Shown here: piece by piece, positions 39,354 through 49,924 of the stretch
Layout of the letters: each line of letters opens with the position of its first letter
Position numbering within the stretch: the stretch's first letter is position 1
Source: Dehalococcoidia bacterium
GTDB taxonomy: Bacteria > Chloroflexota > Dehalococcoidia > Lucifugimonadales > CBDCYU01
DNA: 64,000 nt
Assembly (NCBI GenBank): GCA_965224345.1
Contig: CBDCYU010000003.1
Span: 683,013 to 747,012 of the forward strand
Direction: 5' to 3'
Position numbers and translations under genes: made by a program
Notes under the pieces: model-generated
Databases searched by the model: none
Told to the model about the DNA's origin: nothing
What the model saw: the letters and a program-made list of their open reading frames with translations, nothing else

Positions 39354-40373
39354 CTAATAGCCCTCGGCCCTGATGCAGGCCACCCAGTGGCCCTTGGACG
39401 CCTCTCTCAGCTCGGGTATCTCGGCTTTGCACTCGTCGATGGCTATGGGACACCGGGTGTGGAAGACGCACCCCTCGGGGGGATTCGTTGGACTGGGTAC
39501 GTCGCCCGATAGGATGATCCGCTCCCGGCGGGCCTCGACCAACGGGTCCGGGATTGGCACTGCCGACAGCAGGGCCTTCGTGTAGGGATGCAGAGGGTTT
39601 TCGTAGAGCTCCTGGCGGTCGGCGATCTCGACAATGCGGCCCAGGTACATGACGGCCACCCGGTCGCTGATGTGGCGCACCACGGAGAGATCGTGAGCGA
39701 TGAAGAGGTAGGTCAGCCCGAAGCGCTCCTGGATCTCCTCCAAAAGGTTGATGACCTGGGCTTGAATGGAGACGTCCAGAGCCGAGACGGGTTCGTCGCA
39801 CACTATGAAGGAGGGGTTTACCGCCAGCGCCCTGGCTATCCCTATGCGCTGTCGTTGGCCGCCACTGAACTCGTGGGGGTAGCGGTCGGCCATGGCAGGG
39901 TTGAGGCCAACCACCTGGAGCAGCTCGGATACCCTGTCGCGGTACTCGCCCTTGGAGGAGGTCAGCTTGTGTACCACGAGAGGCTCCCCCACGATATCGC
40001 CGCAGGACATCCGTGGATTCAGGGACCCGTACGGGTCCTGGAAGATGAGCTGCATGTTTCGCCTAAGCGCCCTCATCTCCCTCTGGTTCAGCTTGCTCAG
40101 GTCCCGCCCGTCGAATATCACCTGTCCGTCCGTAGGCTTGTACAGCCGAAGAATGGTGCGGCCGACCGTGGTCTTGCCGCATCCGCTCTCGCCCACCATT
40201 CCCAGCGTCTCACCCTTTGCGATGGTAAAGCTGACGCCGTCCACGGCCTTCACATCCGAGACGTGCCTGCCGAAGATGATTCCGGAGGTGACCGGGAAGT
40301 ACATCTTCAGGTTGCGCACCTCCAGCAGGGCGTTGCCGTTGGGTTGTCGCTGACTCGCCACGCTCTTTACCAT
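39354..40373 (-). CDS. Oligopeptide/dipeptide ABC transporter ATPase (OppF/DppF-like)
   Basis: [33 protein letters not shown]-terminal Cys motif. Confidence 0.95.
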   Translation of the reverse strand: MVKSVASQRQPNGNALLEVRNLKMYFPVTSGIIFGRHVSDVKAVDGVSFTIAKGETLGMVGESGCGKTTVGRTILRLYKPTDGQVIFDGRDLSKLNQREMRALRRNMQLIFQDPYGSLNPRMSCGDIVGEPLVVHKLTSSKGEYRDRVSELLQVVGLNPAMADRYPHEFSGGQRQRIGIARALAVNPSFIVCDEPVSALDVSIQAQVINLLEEIQERFGLTYLFIAHDLSVVRHISDRVAVMYLGRIVEIADRQELYENPLHPYTKALLSAVPIPDPLVEARRERIILSGDVPSPTNPPEGCVFHTRCPIAIDECKAEIPELREASKGHWVACIRAEGY

Positions 40374-40381
40374 GGCATCTC

Positions 40382-41386
40382 CTAACGGGCAGCGGCGGAG
40401 CGTTCCAGATCCGCCAGCTCTTGGAACCGCCAACAGGCCGAACTGTGGGTGCCGTCCACCTGCATCAGAGGCGGAGACTCGGCGTGACACCTGGCAGCCG
40501 CGAACCTGCATCTAGGGGAAAAGCTGCAGCCCTGGGGAAGGTCTACCAGGTCGGGGGGCATCCCCTCTATCGGGTCGAGCCTCTCCCGCCGGTCCTCGTC
40601 CAGTCGGGGAACGGACCTCAGAAGCCCCAGGGTGTAGGGGTGCTTCGGGGCGTGGTATATCTCTTCAGCGCTGCCGCCTTCGATTATCTTGCCGGCGTAC
40701 ATCACCATGACCCTGTCGGCGTATCTAGCGATGACGCCCAGGTTGTGGGTGATGATAATCAGGGAGGTCCCGAATCGATCGGAGAGGTCTTGCATGAGCT
40801 CCAGGATCTGGGCCTGGATCGTGACGTCTAGGGCGGTGGTGGGCTCGTCCGCGATAATCAGCTTCGGGTTGCAGCTAAGGGCCATGGCGATCATGACCCG
40901 CTGCCGCATTCCGCCGCTGAACTGATGTGGGTAGTCTTTCAGACGGCGCTCGCCGTCCGGTATGCCGACCAGTCCCAGCAGCTCAGCCGCCCGCGAGCCC
41001 GCATCGTACCTGCCCATACCCAGGTGGAGCTCCAGCGTCTCCGTGATCTGGCGGCCTATGGTCAGCACCGGGTTCAACGAGGTCATTGGCTCCTGGAATA
41101 TCATGGCGATCCGGTTGCCCCGGATCTGCCTGATCCTGGCGTCGTCGGCCTGAAGAAGGTCATGGCCCTGAAAGACCACCTCGCCGTTCACGATCCGCCC
41201 GGGGGGGTACTGGATGAGCCTCATGACGGATAGAGCGCTTACACTCTTCCCACACCCGCTCTCACCGACGATACCCAGGACCTCACCCTCCTCCACGTCG
41301 TAGCTGATGCCGTCCACGGCCTTGACCACCCCTTCGTTGGTGAAGAAGTGGGTTGCCAGGTCGCGTACCTCCAGAACCTTAGCCAT
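40382..41386 (-). CDS. Oligopeptide/dipeptide ABC transporter ATPase (OppD/DppD-like)
   Basis: [38 protein letters not shown]. Confidence 0.95.
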   Translation of the reverse strand: MAKVLEVRDLATHFFTNEGVVKAVDGISYDVEEGEVLGIVGESGCGKSVSALSVMRLIQYPPGRIVNGEVVFQGHDLLQADDARIRQIRGNRIAMIFQEPMTSLNPVLTIGRQITETLELHLGMGRYDAGSRAAELLGLVGIPDGERRLKDYPHQFSGGMRQRVMIAMALSCNPKLIIADEPTTALDVTIQAQILELMQDLSDRFGTSLIIITHNLGVIARYADRVMVMYAGKIIEGGSAEEIYHAPKHPYTLGLLRSVPRLDEDRRERLDPIEGMPPDLVDLPQGCSFSPRCRFAAARCHAESPPLMQVDGTHSSACWRFQELADLERSAAAR

Positions 41387-41511
41387 GAGCAAGTCGTTGA
41401 GGAAGAGGGGGCGCTGCTGGCCTGATGCGGCTCAGCGCACGGGGCGAGGCAACGGGAGGCATGGAGATCAACAGTATCCTCGGGTGGTCAGTAGGCGCTG
41501 GCGGCAGGGTG

Positions 41512-42237
41512 TTACTCACCCTTGACGAGGATACCATTGTTGAGGGCCGCACTGGCGTCGAGTACCATCTCCGTCGCATACTCCAAGCTCACGTCGCTGA
41601 AGTTGATGACCAGATGAAAGAGCTCCGGGGCATCGGCTTGGTCGATGCCAAAGAATCGGTTGAAGTGGTGCGCACGCGCCAGATCCCTGGCTATGACCGT
41701 CTCCTCGGCCCGGGCCCTATCGACCCTCTCCCGTTCCATGATGGTTGCAACGCGGTCCTCCATTTTGGAGGCCACACCCACCCGCAGGACGTTGGGCTGG
41801 TCTTTCAGGATTATGTGAGCGCCCCTTCCGACGAGAACGACGTTGTCTCCCGAGGCGACCTCCGTCACCACCTTGCGTATGCCCTCGATGTAGGTCTCGT
41901 CCTCGAGCTCGTGACCTCTGGTAATCGTTGGCTGAGGCAGGTCCTCGTACTCCTCGGTGAGGAACGGCGCGACTCCAGGGCCAAAGTAAGGGTCGCCGCC
42001 GGCGCCCGTGACGGCTGAGCGCTCCAAGATGCGTTGAAGGATCCGAGAGAACCGCTCTCCTCTCGTCGGTGGGCGCTCTTCCCTCTGGTGGAGAGCCTCG
42101 ACAGTCGCGCCGACGTGGCGCGCCACGTCCGTGAGTATCAGCCTATCGACATAGTCGGCCCCTAACGCCTCAGCGACGCTGGGACCGAGCTTTCGCCCCC
42201 CGCCGCCGGCCAACCCGGACACCGTTATGACACCCAT
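41512..42237 (-). CDS. Cytidylate kinase-like family protein
   Basis: VITVSGLAGGGG, VLVGRGA, LFHLVIN. Confidence 0.85.
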   Translation of the reverse strand: MGVITVSGLAGGGGRKLGPSVAEALGADYVDRLILTDVARHVGATVEALHQREERPPTRGERFSRILQRILERSAVTGAGGDPYFGPGVAPFLTEEYEDLPQPTITRGHELEDETYIEGIRKVVTEVASGDNVVLVGRGAHIILKDQPNVLRVGVASKMEDRVATIMERERVDRARAEETVIARDLARAHHFNRFFGIDQADAPELFHLVINFSDVSLEYATEMVLDASAALNNGILVKGE

Positions 42238-42414
42238 CACGCCTCTACTCTCACCGGCGCGGCTTCCGTACGGACGATAGACTGGACGCGAAGGCACTCT
42301 CAGACATACGCAAGACGAGCGCCCTACAGACATATGGTTACAAACTGTCGCACCTATGTCAATGTTGCGATGGGACAAGTGGGATAGCCCTGAAGACCGA
42401 TCCTCGCTTTGGGT

Positions 42415-42455
42415 GGTGGCGGCAAGGCCATGCCTATGATAGCCTTGCCGCCACC
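42415..42455. repeat. Perfect 14-bp inverted repeat in a divergent intergenic region
   Basis: GGTGGCGGCAAGGC, 13-nt loop containing TATGAT, GCCTTGCCGCCACC. Confidence 0.8.
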
Positions 42456-42540
42456 GACCGATGGGCGGGGACATGCACGCTGCCGTCCGAGGGCCGAGGC
42501 GGGGCAGGGGGCCACGTTTTCGGTGCCGAGAGGAGACGCT

Positions 42541-43942
42541 ATGGCGGACCGACCCAACATACTGTTCCTTATGACGGACCACACCAACTCTCAGGCGACC
42601 GCGCCAGGAAGCCAGTGCATCAAGCCCAACCTCGATGCTCTGTCAGCCGAGGGGGTGCGGTTCGACCGATGCTATACGACCAATGCCATCTGCTCCCCGT
42701 CGCGCGCGTCACTCATGACCGGCCTCTATCCATCCACCCATGGCATGTGGGACGTCACCCACGGGCAGCGCAGCGAGTGGCTGGACGTTCCAGCCAACCG
42801 GTTCACCTACTTCTCCATGCACCTGGCCGAGGCGGGGTACCGAAACGCCTACTTCGGCAAGTGGCACGTGGAGCAGAGCAACAAGCTGGAGGACTTTGGC
42901 TGGCACGAGTACGACCTCACGTGCGCGGGCATGTACGGCGCGGAACGGCGGCGCAGGCACGTCGAGTCCAGCGCCCTCTACGTGCCCAAGGACGGCTATC
43001 CGGACTACCTGCTGGCCGCCGTCAGCGACGCCGACGTCCAGACCCATCCCGCCTTTGACAGGGGGATCGACTTCATCAGGGGTCACGTCGATTCCGCTCC
43101 GCCGGACCAGCCCTTCTGCTGCTTCGTCTCCGTCATCGAGCCCCACGACTCCTACATTCCACCCAAGAGATTCCTGGATATGTACGACGTCGACGGCGTC
43201 GAGCTGAGCCCGACGCTTCGTGACGAGCCCACTGGCAAGCCGGAGATCGTCAAGCGGATGCGCTCGGTGTGGCAGGACCTGACGGACGAGGATTGGAGAC
43301 GCGTGTCGGCGTCCTACTGGGCGGTCATCACCGCCATCGACAGCGAGGTCGGCAGGATCGTCGACGTGCTGAAGGAGACGGGCCAGTACGACAACACGAT
43401 CATCGTGTTCACCAGCGACCACGGCGACATGCTGGGCGGACACGGCCTGTGCACGAAGGGCATAGGCACCGCTTATGAGGAGGTGTACAACATCCCCCTC
43501 ATCATACGGGCTCCGGGGACGAGCGTAGGACGGGAGGACGCGGACACCCTCACGAGCCTCGTCGACGTGGGGCCCACGCTGCTGGACCTCTGCGGGGCGG
43601 AGCCTCCGATCGGTGCTGGAGGGCGCGTCCGAGCCTGCGGATTGGCGCAGCGCCTACGCCGAGTTCTACGGCCAGCGCTTCGTCTACACCCAGCGGATCG
43701 TCTGGGAGGGCGACTGGAAGTACGTGTTCAGTCCGGGCGGCGTCGATGAGCTCTACGATCTGGCCGAGGACCCTCACGAGCGGAACAACTTGGCGGACGA
43801 TCCGGCCCATCGGGACCGGCTCATAGAGATGACCAAGAAGATGTGGCGCAAGATGAGAGAGATCGGAGACGATTCGCTCTTCAACACCCAGTACGCTACC
43901 CTCCGGACCGCGCCCATCGGGCCGGGGGCCATCGAAGAGTGA
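42541..43942 (+). pseudogene. Sulfatase (Cys-type formylglycine), frameshifted near 43605
   Basis: RPNILFLMTD, CSPSRASLMTG, GKWH, PH, SDHG. The C-terminus (WKYV..DELYDL..DPHERNNL) is in a second frame, 43613-43942. Confidence 0.85.
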
Positions 43943-44025
43943 GGCAGAATGGCTCGTCTGTGATAGGCTGATTGCCGGACCCGCCACCCGCAGCCCTCCT
44001 CAGCTCACCGAGACGTACATAAGAG

Positions 44026-45576
44026 ATGCTGGCCAAGTCGAAGACATGCGCAGTCATAGGCCTCGACGGATTCATCGTCGAGGTCGAGGTTGACATCTCC
44101 CCCGGGCTGCCCAGGTTCATCGTCGTCGGGCTCGCCGATACCGCCGTCCAGGAGGCCAGGGCCCGCGTCCGTGCGGCGGTGCGCAACTCGGGCTCCGAGT
44201 TCCCCATGCGGCGTATCACCGTAAACCTGGCCCCCGCGGATCTCCAGAAGGTGGGGCCGGCCTACGATCTGCCCATCGCCGTGGCGTTGCTGCTAAGCTC
44301 CGGGCAGATCAGCGATGTCCCGGACTCCTCACTCTTCCTGGGAGAGCTGTCTCTGGACGGCGGCCTGAGGCATACCAACGGCATCCTCCCCATGGTTATG
44401 GTAGCCCGGGAGGAGGGGTACGACGCAGTCTTCGTCCCGGCGGCGGACGCCCATGAGGCGGCGCTGGTGGAGGGACTGGTAGTAATGCCTGTCAACAACC
44501 TCGCGGAGCTGGTGTCCCATCTGAGGCATGAGACCACTATCATTCCCGTAGACCCCGGCGCACGGGATATCGTCGACGAGGCCGCCGACGGCGGGGAGAA
44601 TGGGAGAGCCCGGTACTCCGGCGTCGTCGACCTGGCCGACATCCGGGGCCAGGAGCACGCCAAGAGGGCCCTGGAGGTGGCCGCGGCGGGGGGACACAAC
44701 ATCCTGATGAGCGGCCCCCCAGGCAGCGGGAAGACCCTGCTGGCCCGGACGCTGTCGTCGATCCTCCACAAGCTGACCCACCAGGAGGCACTGGAGGTAA
44801 CCAAGATATACAGCGTCAGCGGTCTGCTGCCGCCCTCTCGTCCCCTAATTGCCGAACGCCCCTTCAGGGCGCCCCACTACACTATTTCCAACGCCGGCCT
44901 CGTCGGAGGGGGCCGCTTCCCGCGGCCCGGAGAGATCACCCTGAGCCATCGCGGGGTGCTGTTTCTGGACGAGCTGCCGGAGTTCGGCCATACCGTCCTC
45001 GAGGTCCTGCGCCAACCCCTGGAGGACAAGGTCGTGACCATCAGCCGCGCCCAGGGCACGGTGACCTTCCCGGCGAACTTCATGCTGGTGGCGGCCATGA
45101 ATCCCTGCCCCTGCGGGTTCGCCAGCGATCCCATGAGGGAGTGCACCTGCACTCCCAGCGCCATCTCCAGGTACCGCAAGCGAATCAGCGGGCCTCTCCT
45201 GGACAGGATCGACCTCTTCGTAGATGTGCCGAGGGTCGATTACGAAAAACTCGTCCAGCCCGCCAGCGCCGAGAGCTCGGACCAGGTCCGAGACAGGATA
45301 GAGCGGGCCCGAGGGCTCCAGAGGCAGCGGTTCGAGGGCACCTCCATGATCATCAACGCGGAGATGGGGCCTGTGGAGGTGTGGAAATCGTGCCAAGTGG
45401 ACGACGCGGCCAAGGGGCTGCTCCAGACGGCGATGAAGCAGATGCACCTCTCGGCCAGAGGGTTCCATCGCATCCTCAAGGTCTCGCGGACCATAGCCGA
45501 CCTTGCCGGCGACGAGAGCATAGGGGTGGCCCACCTGGCGGAGGCGCTGCAGTACAGGCCCAGCGGGCAGGTGTGA
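44026..45576 (+). CDS. comM: YifB/ComM Mg-chelatase-like AAA+ ATPase
   Basis: ITVNLAPADL, GPPGSGKT, PFRAPH, GVLFLDELPEF, AMNPCPCG, SGPLLDRID. Confidence 0.95.
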   Translation: MLAKSKTCAVIGLDGFIVEVEVDISPGLPRFIVVGLADTAVQEARARVRAAVRNSGSEFPMRRITVNLAPADLQKVGPAYDLPIAVALLLSSGQISDVPDSSLFLGELSLDGGLRHTNGILPMVMVAREEGYDAVFVPAADAHEAALVEGLVVMPVNNLAELVSHLRHETTIIPVDPGARDIVDEAADGGENGRARYSGVVDLADIRGQEHAKRALEVAAAGGHNILMSGPPGSGKTLLARTLSSILHKLTHQEALEVTKIYSVSGLLPPSRPLIAERPFRAPHYTISNAGLVGGGRFPRPGEITLSHRGVLFLDELPEFGHTVLEVLRQPLEDKVVTISRAQGTVTFPANFMLVAAMNPCPCGFASDPMRECTCTPSAISRYRKRISGPLLDRIDLFVDVPRVDYEKLVQPASAESSDQVRDRIERARGLQRQRFEGTSMIINAEMGPVEVWKSCQVDDAAKGLLQTAMKQMHLSARGFHRILKVSRTIADLAGDESIGVAHLAEALQYRPSGQV

Positions 45577-45598
45577 CTCGTCCCTAGCGGGGCGCATC

Positions 45599-45633
45599 TT
45601 GACATTAGGATAGTGATGCATCATGATGTCTAT
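45599..45633 (+). promoter_or_regulatory. TA promoter with palindromic operator; probably leaderless
   Basis: TTGACA (45599), 17-bp spacer, CATGAT (45622). Palindromes TGATGCATCA (45614-45623) and CATCATGATG (45619-45628). ATG follows 6 nt after the -10 box with no SD. Confidence 0.6.
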
Positions 45634-45891
45634 ATGAGAACCACACTCACCCTGGACGACGACCTAGCTGACTCCCTGAGAGAGCAGGCCCGGCTTCTCG
45701 GCAGGCCCTTCAAGCAGATAGTGAACGACACGCTGCGCCGCGGCATGTCGCCTGCCGCAAGGGAAGCCCCGGCCGAGTACAGGGTTGTCCCCCATCACAG
45801 CGGGCTCGCTCCCGGCGTGGACCCACAGAAGCTGAACCAGCTCAACGACGAGCTGGAGGCAGAGGAGTTCGCGGGGCCGAGCACGGGGTGA
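45634..45891 (+). CDS. VapB-type RHH antitoxin
   Basis: MRTTLTLDDDL...KQIVNDTLRRG. GTGA overlap with the toxin. Confidence 0.88.
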   Translation: MRTTLTLDDDLADSLREQARLLGRPFKQIVNDTLRRGMSPAAREAPAEYRVVPHHSGLAPGVDPQKLNQLNDELEAEEFAGPSTG

Positions 45892-46316
45892 TAATCCCCG
45901 ACCTCAACCTGCTGGTCTATGCGTACAACGACGGCGCCCCTCATCACGACTCTGCCAGGCGCTGGTGGGAGGGCTTGATCAACGGCGAGGAGCGAGTCGG
46001 CGTCCCGTGGGTCGTATCGACCGGCTTCGTGAGACTGATGACCCACCCTAGGGTGATAGCCCGTCCGGCGACCCCGGAGACGGCGGCTGACTACGTGCGG
46101 GAGTGGTTCCAGGTACCCCACGTCGCGCCCGTCAATCCCGGCGCGGAGCACCTGGCCCACCTCCGTCGAAACCTCGTGGCCGCCGGCGTCGGCGCGAATC
46201 TGGTGACGGATTCGCACCTAGCCGCGCTGGCGATGGAGTACCAGGCAGAGGTCCACTCCAACGACACCGACTTCGGCCGCTTCCCCGGTCTCCGCTGGCG
46301 CAACCCCCTCCGGTAG
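45888..46316 (+). CDS. VapC PIN-domain toxin
   Basis: PDLNLLVYA, NLVTDSHLAALA, SNDTDFGRFPGL. Confidence 0.92.
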   Translation: MIIPDLNLLVYAYNDGAPHHDSARRWWEGLINGEERVGVPWVVSTGFVRLMTHPRVIARPATPETAADYVREWFQVPHVAPVNPGAEHLAHLRRNLVAAGVGANLVTDSHLAALAMEYQAEVHSNDTDFGRFPGLRWRNPLR

Positions 46317-46336
46317 GGGGGCGGCGCGCCGCCCGG

Positions 46337-46702
46337 TCAGGAGGAGGAGAGCACCTTGCCGGTACTGGAGCGCCTGCGGTGGGTCGAGGGGGTCTTGGCG
46401 TCGTTCTTGCGCGCGACCGCAAGAGACGCGGAGCGGCCCGCCTCTCCAAGACACAGCACCGTCCCCAGGGCCACGTAGGCGACGTCCACGGCCTCATCCA
46501 CAGCGCCCGCCACGTCGGCGCTGTTCAACGCCCTGGCGTGCTCTCCGGTCTCTTCGGCCAGCAGCGCCAGCCTCTGCCTCAATGACTCTATGGCCGCGTC
46601 GCCGTCGGCGGTGTCTATCGCCGCTATCTCGAAGCGCTGGTGGAAAGAGTAGACGCTCTCCGCAATCGCTGAGACTCCCTCCAGGAATCTGCGTCGTTCC
46701 AT
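46337..46702 (-). CDS. MazG-like all-alpha NTP pyrophosphohydrolase
   Basis: FHQRF, LAEETGE, DEAVDVAYVALG, VARKNDAK. GAGGAG RBS. Confidence 0.75.
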   Translation of the reverse strand: MERRRFLEGVSAIAESVYSFHQRFEIAAIDTADGDAAIESLRQRLALLAEETGEHARALNSADVAGAVDEAVDVAYVALGTVLCLGEAGRSASLAVARKNDAKTPSTHRRRSSTGKVLSSS

Positions 46703-46958
46703 GTTCTCTCCTCTCGTGTCCGATGACGGCCCATCGCCCACTGGGGCAATGGGCCGTCTACCGGGATGAAACAGGCCTCGATTCGGCGGGCCCTGTACGG
46801 GGCATCCCGTGTGACGTAGTATGTCACACGGAGCCCTCGGAGGCCATCCTTGCGGGACACCGTTGGCAGGGAGCTGGCGCCGGACTGAGCAGGGGATGGG
46901 CGCGGCCCTTCCGATACCGGCGGAAGGGCAGGGCTCATAGGCAAGAGAAGGAGGCACT

Positions 46959-47879
46959 ATGGCGATGCGTCTTGGCGTAGGCGACTACCGGTACGAGCTT
47001 GTGGAGGGGTGGGGAGAGTGGCCCGTGGACGGGGTGGCCTCGGACGTGGCCACAGACTCCCAGGACCGCGTGTACGTCGCGGTGCGGACGTCCCAGACCG
47101 CCGAGAGCAAGACGGGCGTGATCCTGGTCTTCGACCGGGGCGGCAAGTTCCTCCGCTCCTGGGGCGAGGAGCTGTTCACCGTGTGCCACGGCCTGTGGAT
47201 CGGCCCCGCCGACGAGGTTCTCCATGCCGATTCCGGGGACCACACGGTGACGAAGTTCGACACCGATGGGAACGTGCTGATGACCCTGGGGACGCGAAAC
47301 GAGTGGGGCGGCCCGGGGACGCCTTTCCGGTCGCCGACCCGCGCGGTGCAGTCGACGGACGGCGACATCTACGTGTCGGACGGCTACCACCAGAACCGCT
47401 GTCACAGGTTCTCCCCAGGCGGAGAGCTGCTCTTTTCGTGGGGCAGCGGCGACCCTGTCTACTATCAGCGGGTAACGCTGGGCAATATGACTGGGACGCC
47501 GGGGACCGGTCCGGGCGAGTTCAACCTGCCTCACGACATAACGGTGGACCGGAACGGCCTGTCCTACGTCCAGGACAGAGAGAACCATCGGTGCCAGATC
47601 TTCGATGCGGAGGGCGGCTACCTGACCGAGTGGAGGGACGTCCGAGGGCCCAACGACGCCGTGATAGACGAGGACGATGTGATGCACATCGCCGAGGGGG
47701 ACGGCAGCATCCTGATCGTCAAGCTCGACGGCGAGGTGATCGGGAGGTGGGGCTCCAGGGGTGAGGGGCCGGGCCACTGGAGAGGGTTCCCTCACGGGCT
47801 GTGGCTGGACTCCCGCGGGGATCTATACGTGGCAGAGGTCGGCGCCCAGAAGGCGCTTCAGAAGTTCGCGAGGGTGTAG
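46959..47879 (+). CDS. NHL-repeat beta-propeller protein (second paralogue)
   Basis: GDYRYE, HGLWI, VSDGY, GTGPGEFNLPHDI, DRENHRCQIF. Confidence 0.9.
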   Translation: MAMRLGVGDYRYELVEGWGEWPVDGVASDVATDSQDRVYVAVRTSQTAESKTGVILVFDRGGKFLRSWGEELFTVCHGLWIGPADEVLHADSGDHTVTKFDTDGNVLMTLGTRNEWGGPGTPFRSPTRAVQSTDGDIYVSDGYHQNRCHRFSPGGELLFSWGSGDPVYYQRVTLGNMTGTPGTGPGEFNLPHDITVDRNGLSYVQDRENHRCQIFDAEGGYLTEWRDVRGPNDAVIDEDDVMHIAEGDGSILIVKLDGEVIGRWGSRGEGPGHWRGFPHGLWLDSRGDLYVAEVGAQKALQKFARV

Positions 47880-47897
47880 CTGGCCGCCTCTGAGTCC

Positions 47898-48290
47898 CTA
47901 CTCGACCGTTCGCACGTGGGAATAGGCCGCGATCTTGGCGTCGGAGGTGACCAGGGGGCAGCCGTGGACCCTGGCGGTGGCGACAACGATCTGGTCGGCG
48001 GGGTCGCGGTGGAAGCCGCCGGGCAGGCCGGCGGACTCGACGGCGATCTCCGGCGTCAGCTCCAGCAGGCGGACGCCAGGGTAGCGGAGCGCCTCACGGA
48101 ACCACTCGGACAGCCCGACGGGCAGATCCAGCCTTCCGTACTCGCAGAGCTTGGCCACCTCCCAGCAGGAGATGGCGCTGACGCCGATCCGGTCTTCCTC
48201 GTGGGCGGCGACCTCCCGTCTCTGTGTTTCCGTCAGCCGAGCGGGGTCGACGGTCCACCAGATCCAGGCGTGGGTGTCCAGCACGATCAC
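47898..48290 (-). CDS. VapC PIN-domain toxin
   Basis: MIVLDTHAWIWW, SAISCWEV, FHRDPADQIVVATA, LVTSD. Confidence 0.93.
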   Translation of the reverse strand: MIVLDTHAWIWWTVDPARLTETQRREVAAHEEDRIGVSAISCWEVAKLCEYGRLDLPVGLSEWFREALRYPGVRLLELTPEIAVESAGLPGGFHRDPADQIVVATARVHGCPLVTSDAKIAAYSHVRTVE

Positions 48291-49213
48291 TTCAACGCCT
48301 TCCAGTCCTCCTCCGCCACCGGGTCGTAGGGGCGCTCGTAGCCGTAGGGCTCACCTCGTAGGGGATAGCGGTCGTCCTTGGGGGCGGCCCGCCTCACCGC
48401 CCACCTGGGCTCCGGCTCCAGGGTGAAGTGGCGTCCGTGGGTCAGGACGTAGATGCGCGGGCTCTCGCCGTTGACGTCAACCACGCGATAGATCGAGGCG
48501 TCCCCGCTCACCAGTGCGTCATGCGACTTCGGGCTGGACACCTTCAGTTGTGACCACGCCAAGGTGGACGATTCGGTGCCCTTCACCTCTATCCTCTCGA
48601 CGTTGCCGTCCAAGGTTACCCTGAGGTCCGCGCCGTCTTGGTCCTCCTCGATTTCCGCCTGCCGACCATACTTGCTGACGAGGTACATGAGTATGATAGC
48701 CTCGGCCTTCTTCTCCGTTGTGCGGAGGCTGGCCAGGTACTGACGCACTTCTGAGGTGAGAGTGATGGGAATTGACGGATACAGGTCTGGGGAGCCCGGT
48801 ACGGGCTCAGCTGGTGGGGTGGGGAGATCTGGACGACTGGGTAGAGGGTTGGGGGCTTCATCCCAGCGGTCGTTGGCCGGCCTCTCCTTCTGCGATCTGA
48901 ACTCTTCGGCGCGCTCCCTCGCACGGCTCCTCTCGGATTCCTGGGTAGGCATATCGTCCTCAGGGTCTTCGATCAATCGGAACTGCCCCGGTGCTACTCG
49001 CCACACCTTGGGGGGTGATCCTTTCTTAACGGAGTTGCCTATCTCAGTTCCCTCCATCGAAATGCTGTAGTTCTGTGGATTGGAACTGAGAGTGTTGGGC
49101 GCGTATGGCCCTCTTGGTCGTTCGAGAAACTCGCTGAGTTGTCCGGACCTCCATTCGCGGGGAATCAGGCCCTGCTTGCGTAGATCGGAAACATTCTTCC
49201 AGAACGTAACCAT
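48287..49213 (-). CDS. Putative HTH + PD-(D/E)XK (DUF3883-like) nuclease with an antitoxin-like C-terminal tail
   Basis: GADLRV...IEVKGT motif. Tail YPLRGEPYGYERPYDPVAEEDWKALK. GTGA overlap with vapC. Confidence 0.6.
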   Translation of the reverse strand: MVTFWKNVSDLRKQGLIPREWRSGQLSEFLERPRGPYAPNTLSSNPQNYSISMEGTEIGNSVKKGSPPKVWRVAPGQFRLIEDPEDDMPTQESERSRARERAEEFRSQKERPANDRWDEAPNPLPSRPDLPTPPAEPVPGSPDLYPSIPITLTSEVRQYLASLRTTEKKAEAIILMYLVSKYGRQAEIEEDQDGADLRVTLDGNVERIEVKGTESSTLAWSQLKVSSPKSHDALVSGDASIYRVVDVNGESPRIYVLTHGRHFTLEPEPRWAVRRAAPKDDRYPLRGEPYGYERPYDPVAEEDWKALK

Positions 49214-49438
49214 TCCATCTCCCTCACTAATTGTATTTCCTCTCCAGTCGGGTAAGGTCAGGTTACTTAACATCAGGTCATGTTGTCAAATCCCCACCCG
49301 CGAGAACTTTGGTCATGCACCGACGAACGTCAGCGCAACCCAATCCCGGGTGGATTCGCATAATCTTCTCGTTGTGGCCGTCTCGGGGCCTATGTTATGA
49401 TCGTGAAGGATTTTGCAAGTTAGGGAGGACATTCGCTG

Positions 49439-49921
49439 GTGACCGTTAGGGGCCAGGAGACCAGGGAGCGGGTACGCAACGCTATATCCACTCAGAGACG
49501 CCCAACGGTCACCGTACTCTCCTCCTTGCTGGCCGCTCAGGACGATCTGGGATACCTGCCCGATGAGGCGATCGAAGAGATCGCCCTCTTCACCTCCACG
49601 ACCACCAACGACGTGTGGGGCGTGGCATCCTTCTACCCGAACTTTCGATTCACACCGCCCGGCGAGCACGTTCTGGAGGTGTGCTGGGGCCCTACCTGCC
49701 ACCTGGCGGGCGCGTCGCGTGTACTGAAGGCGGTCCAGGACGATCTGGGCCTGGCTGGCGAGGGAGACACCGAGGACCGCAAGGTCACTTTCAGGTACAA
49801 CACCTGCCTGGGGGCCTGTACCCAGGCCCCGGTCATCAGCATCGACCATAGGCTCATCGGCCGCGTGGCGCCCGACTCCGCTGTGGAGCTGACGGCCGGC
49901 CTGAGGGACGCCGGAAGGTAG
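49439..49921 (+). CDS. NuoE/HydC-like [2Fe-2S] subunit
   Basis: VASFYPNF, VCWGPTCHL, CLGACTQAP. Confidence 0.92.
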   Translation: MTVRGQETRERVRNAISTQRRPTVTVLSSLLAAQDDLGYLPDEAIEEIALFTSTTTNDVWGVASFYPNFRFTPPGEHVLEVCWGPTCHLAGASRVLKAVQDDLGLAGEGDTEDRKVTFRYNTCLGACTQAPVISIDHRLIGRVAPDSAVELTAGLRDAGR

Positions 49922-49924
49922 AGG

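Noticed and set aside
46810..46828. CRP/FNR site (TGTGA...TCACA)
   Set aside because: The spacer is 9 nt rather than 6. Kept only as an unnamed palindrome.
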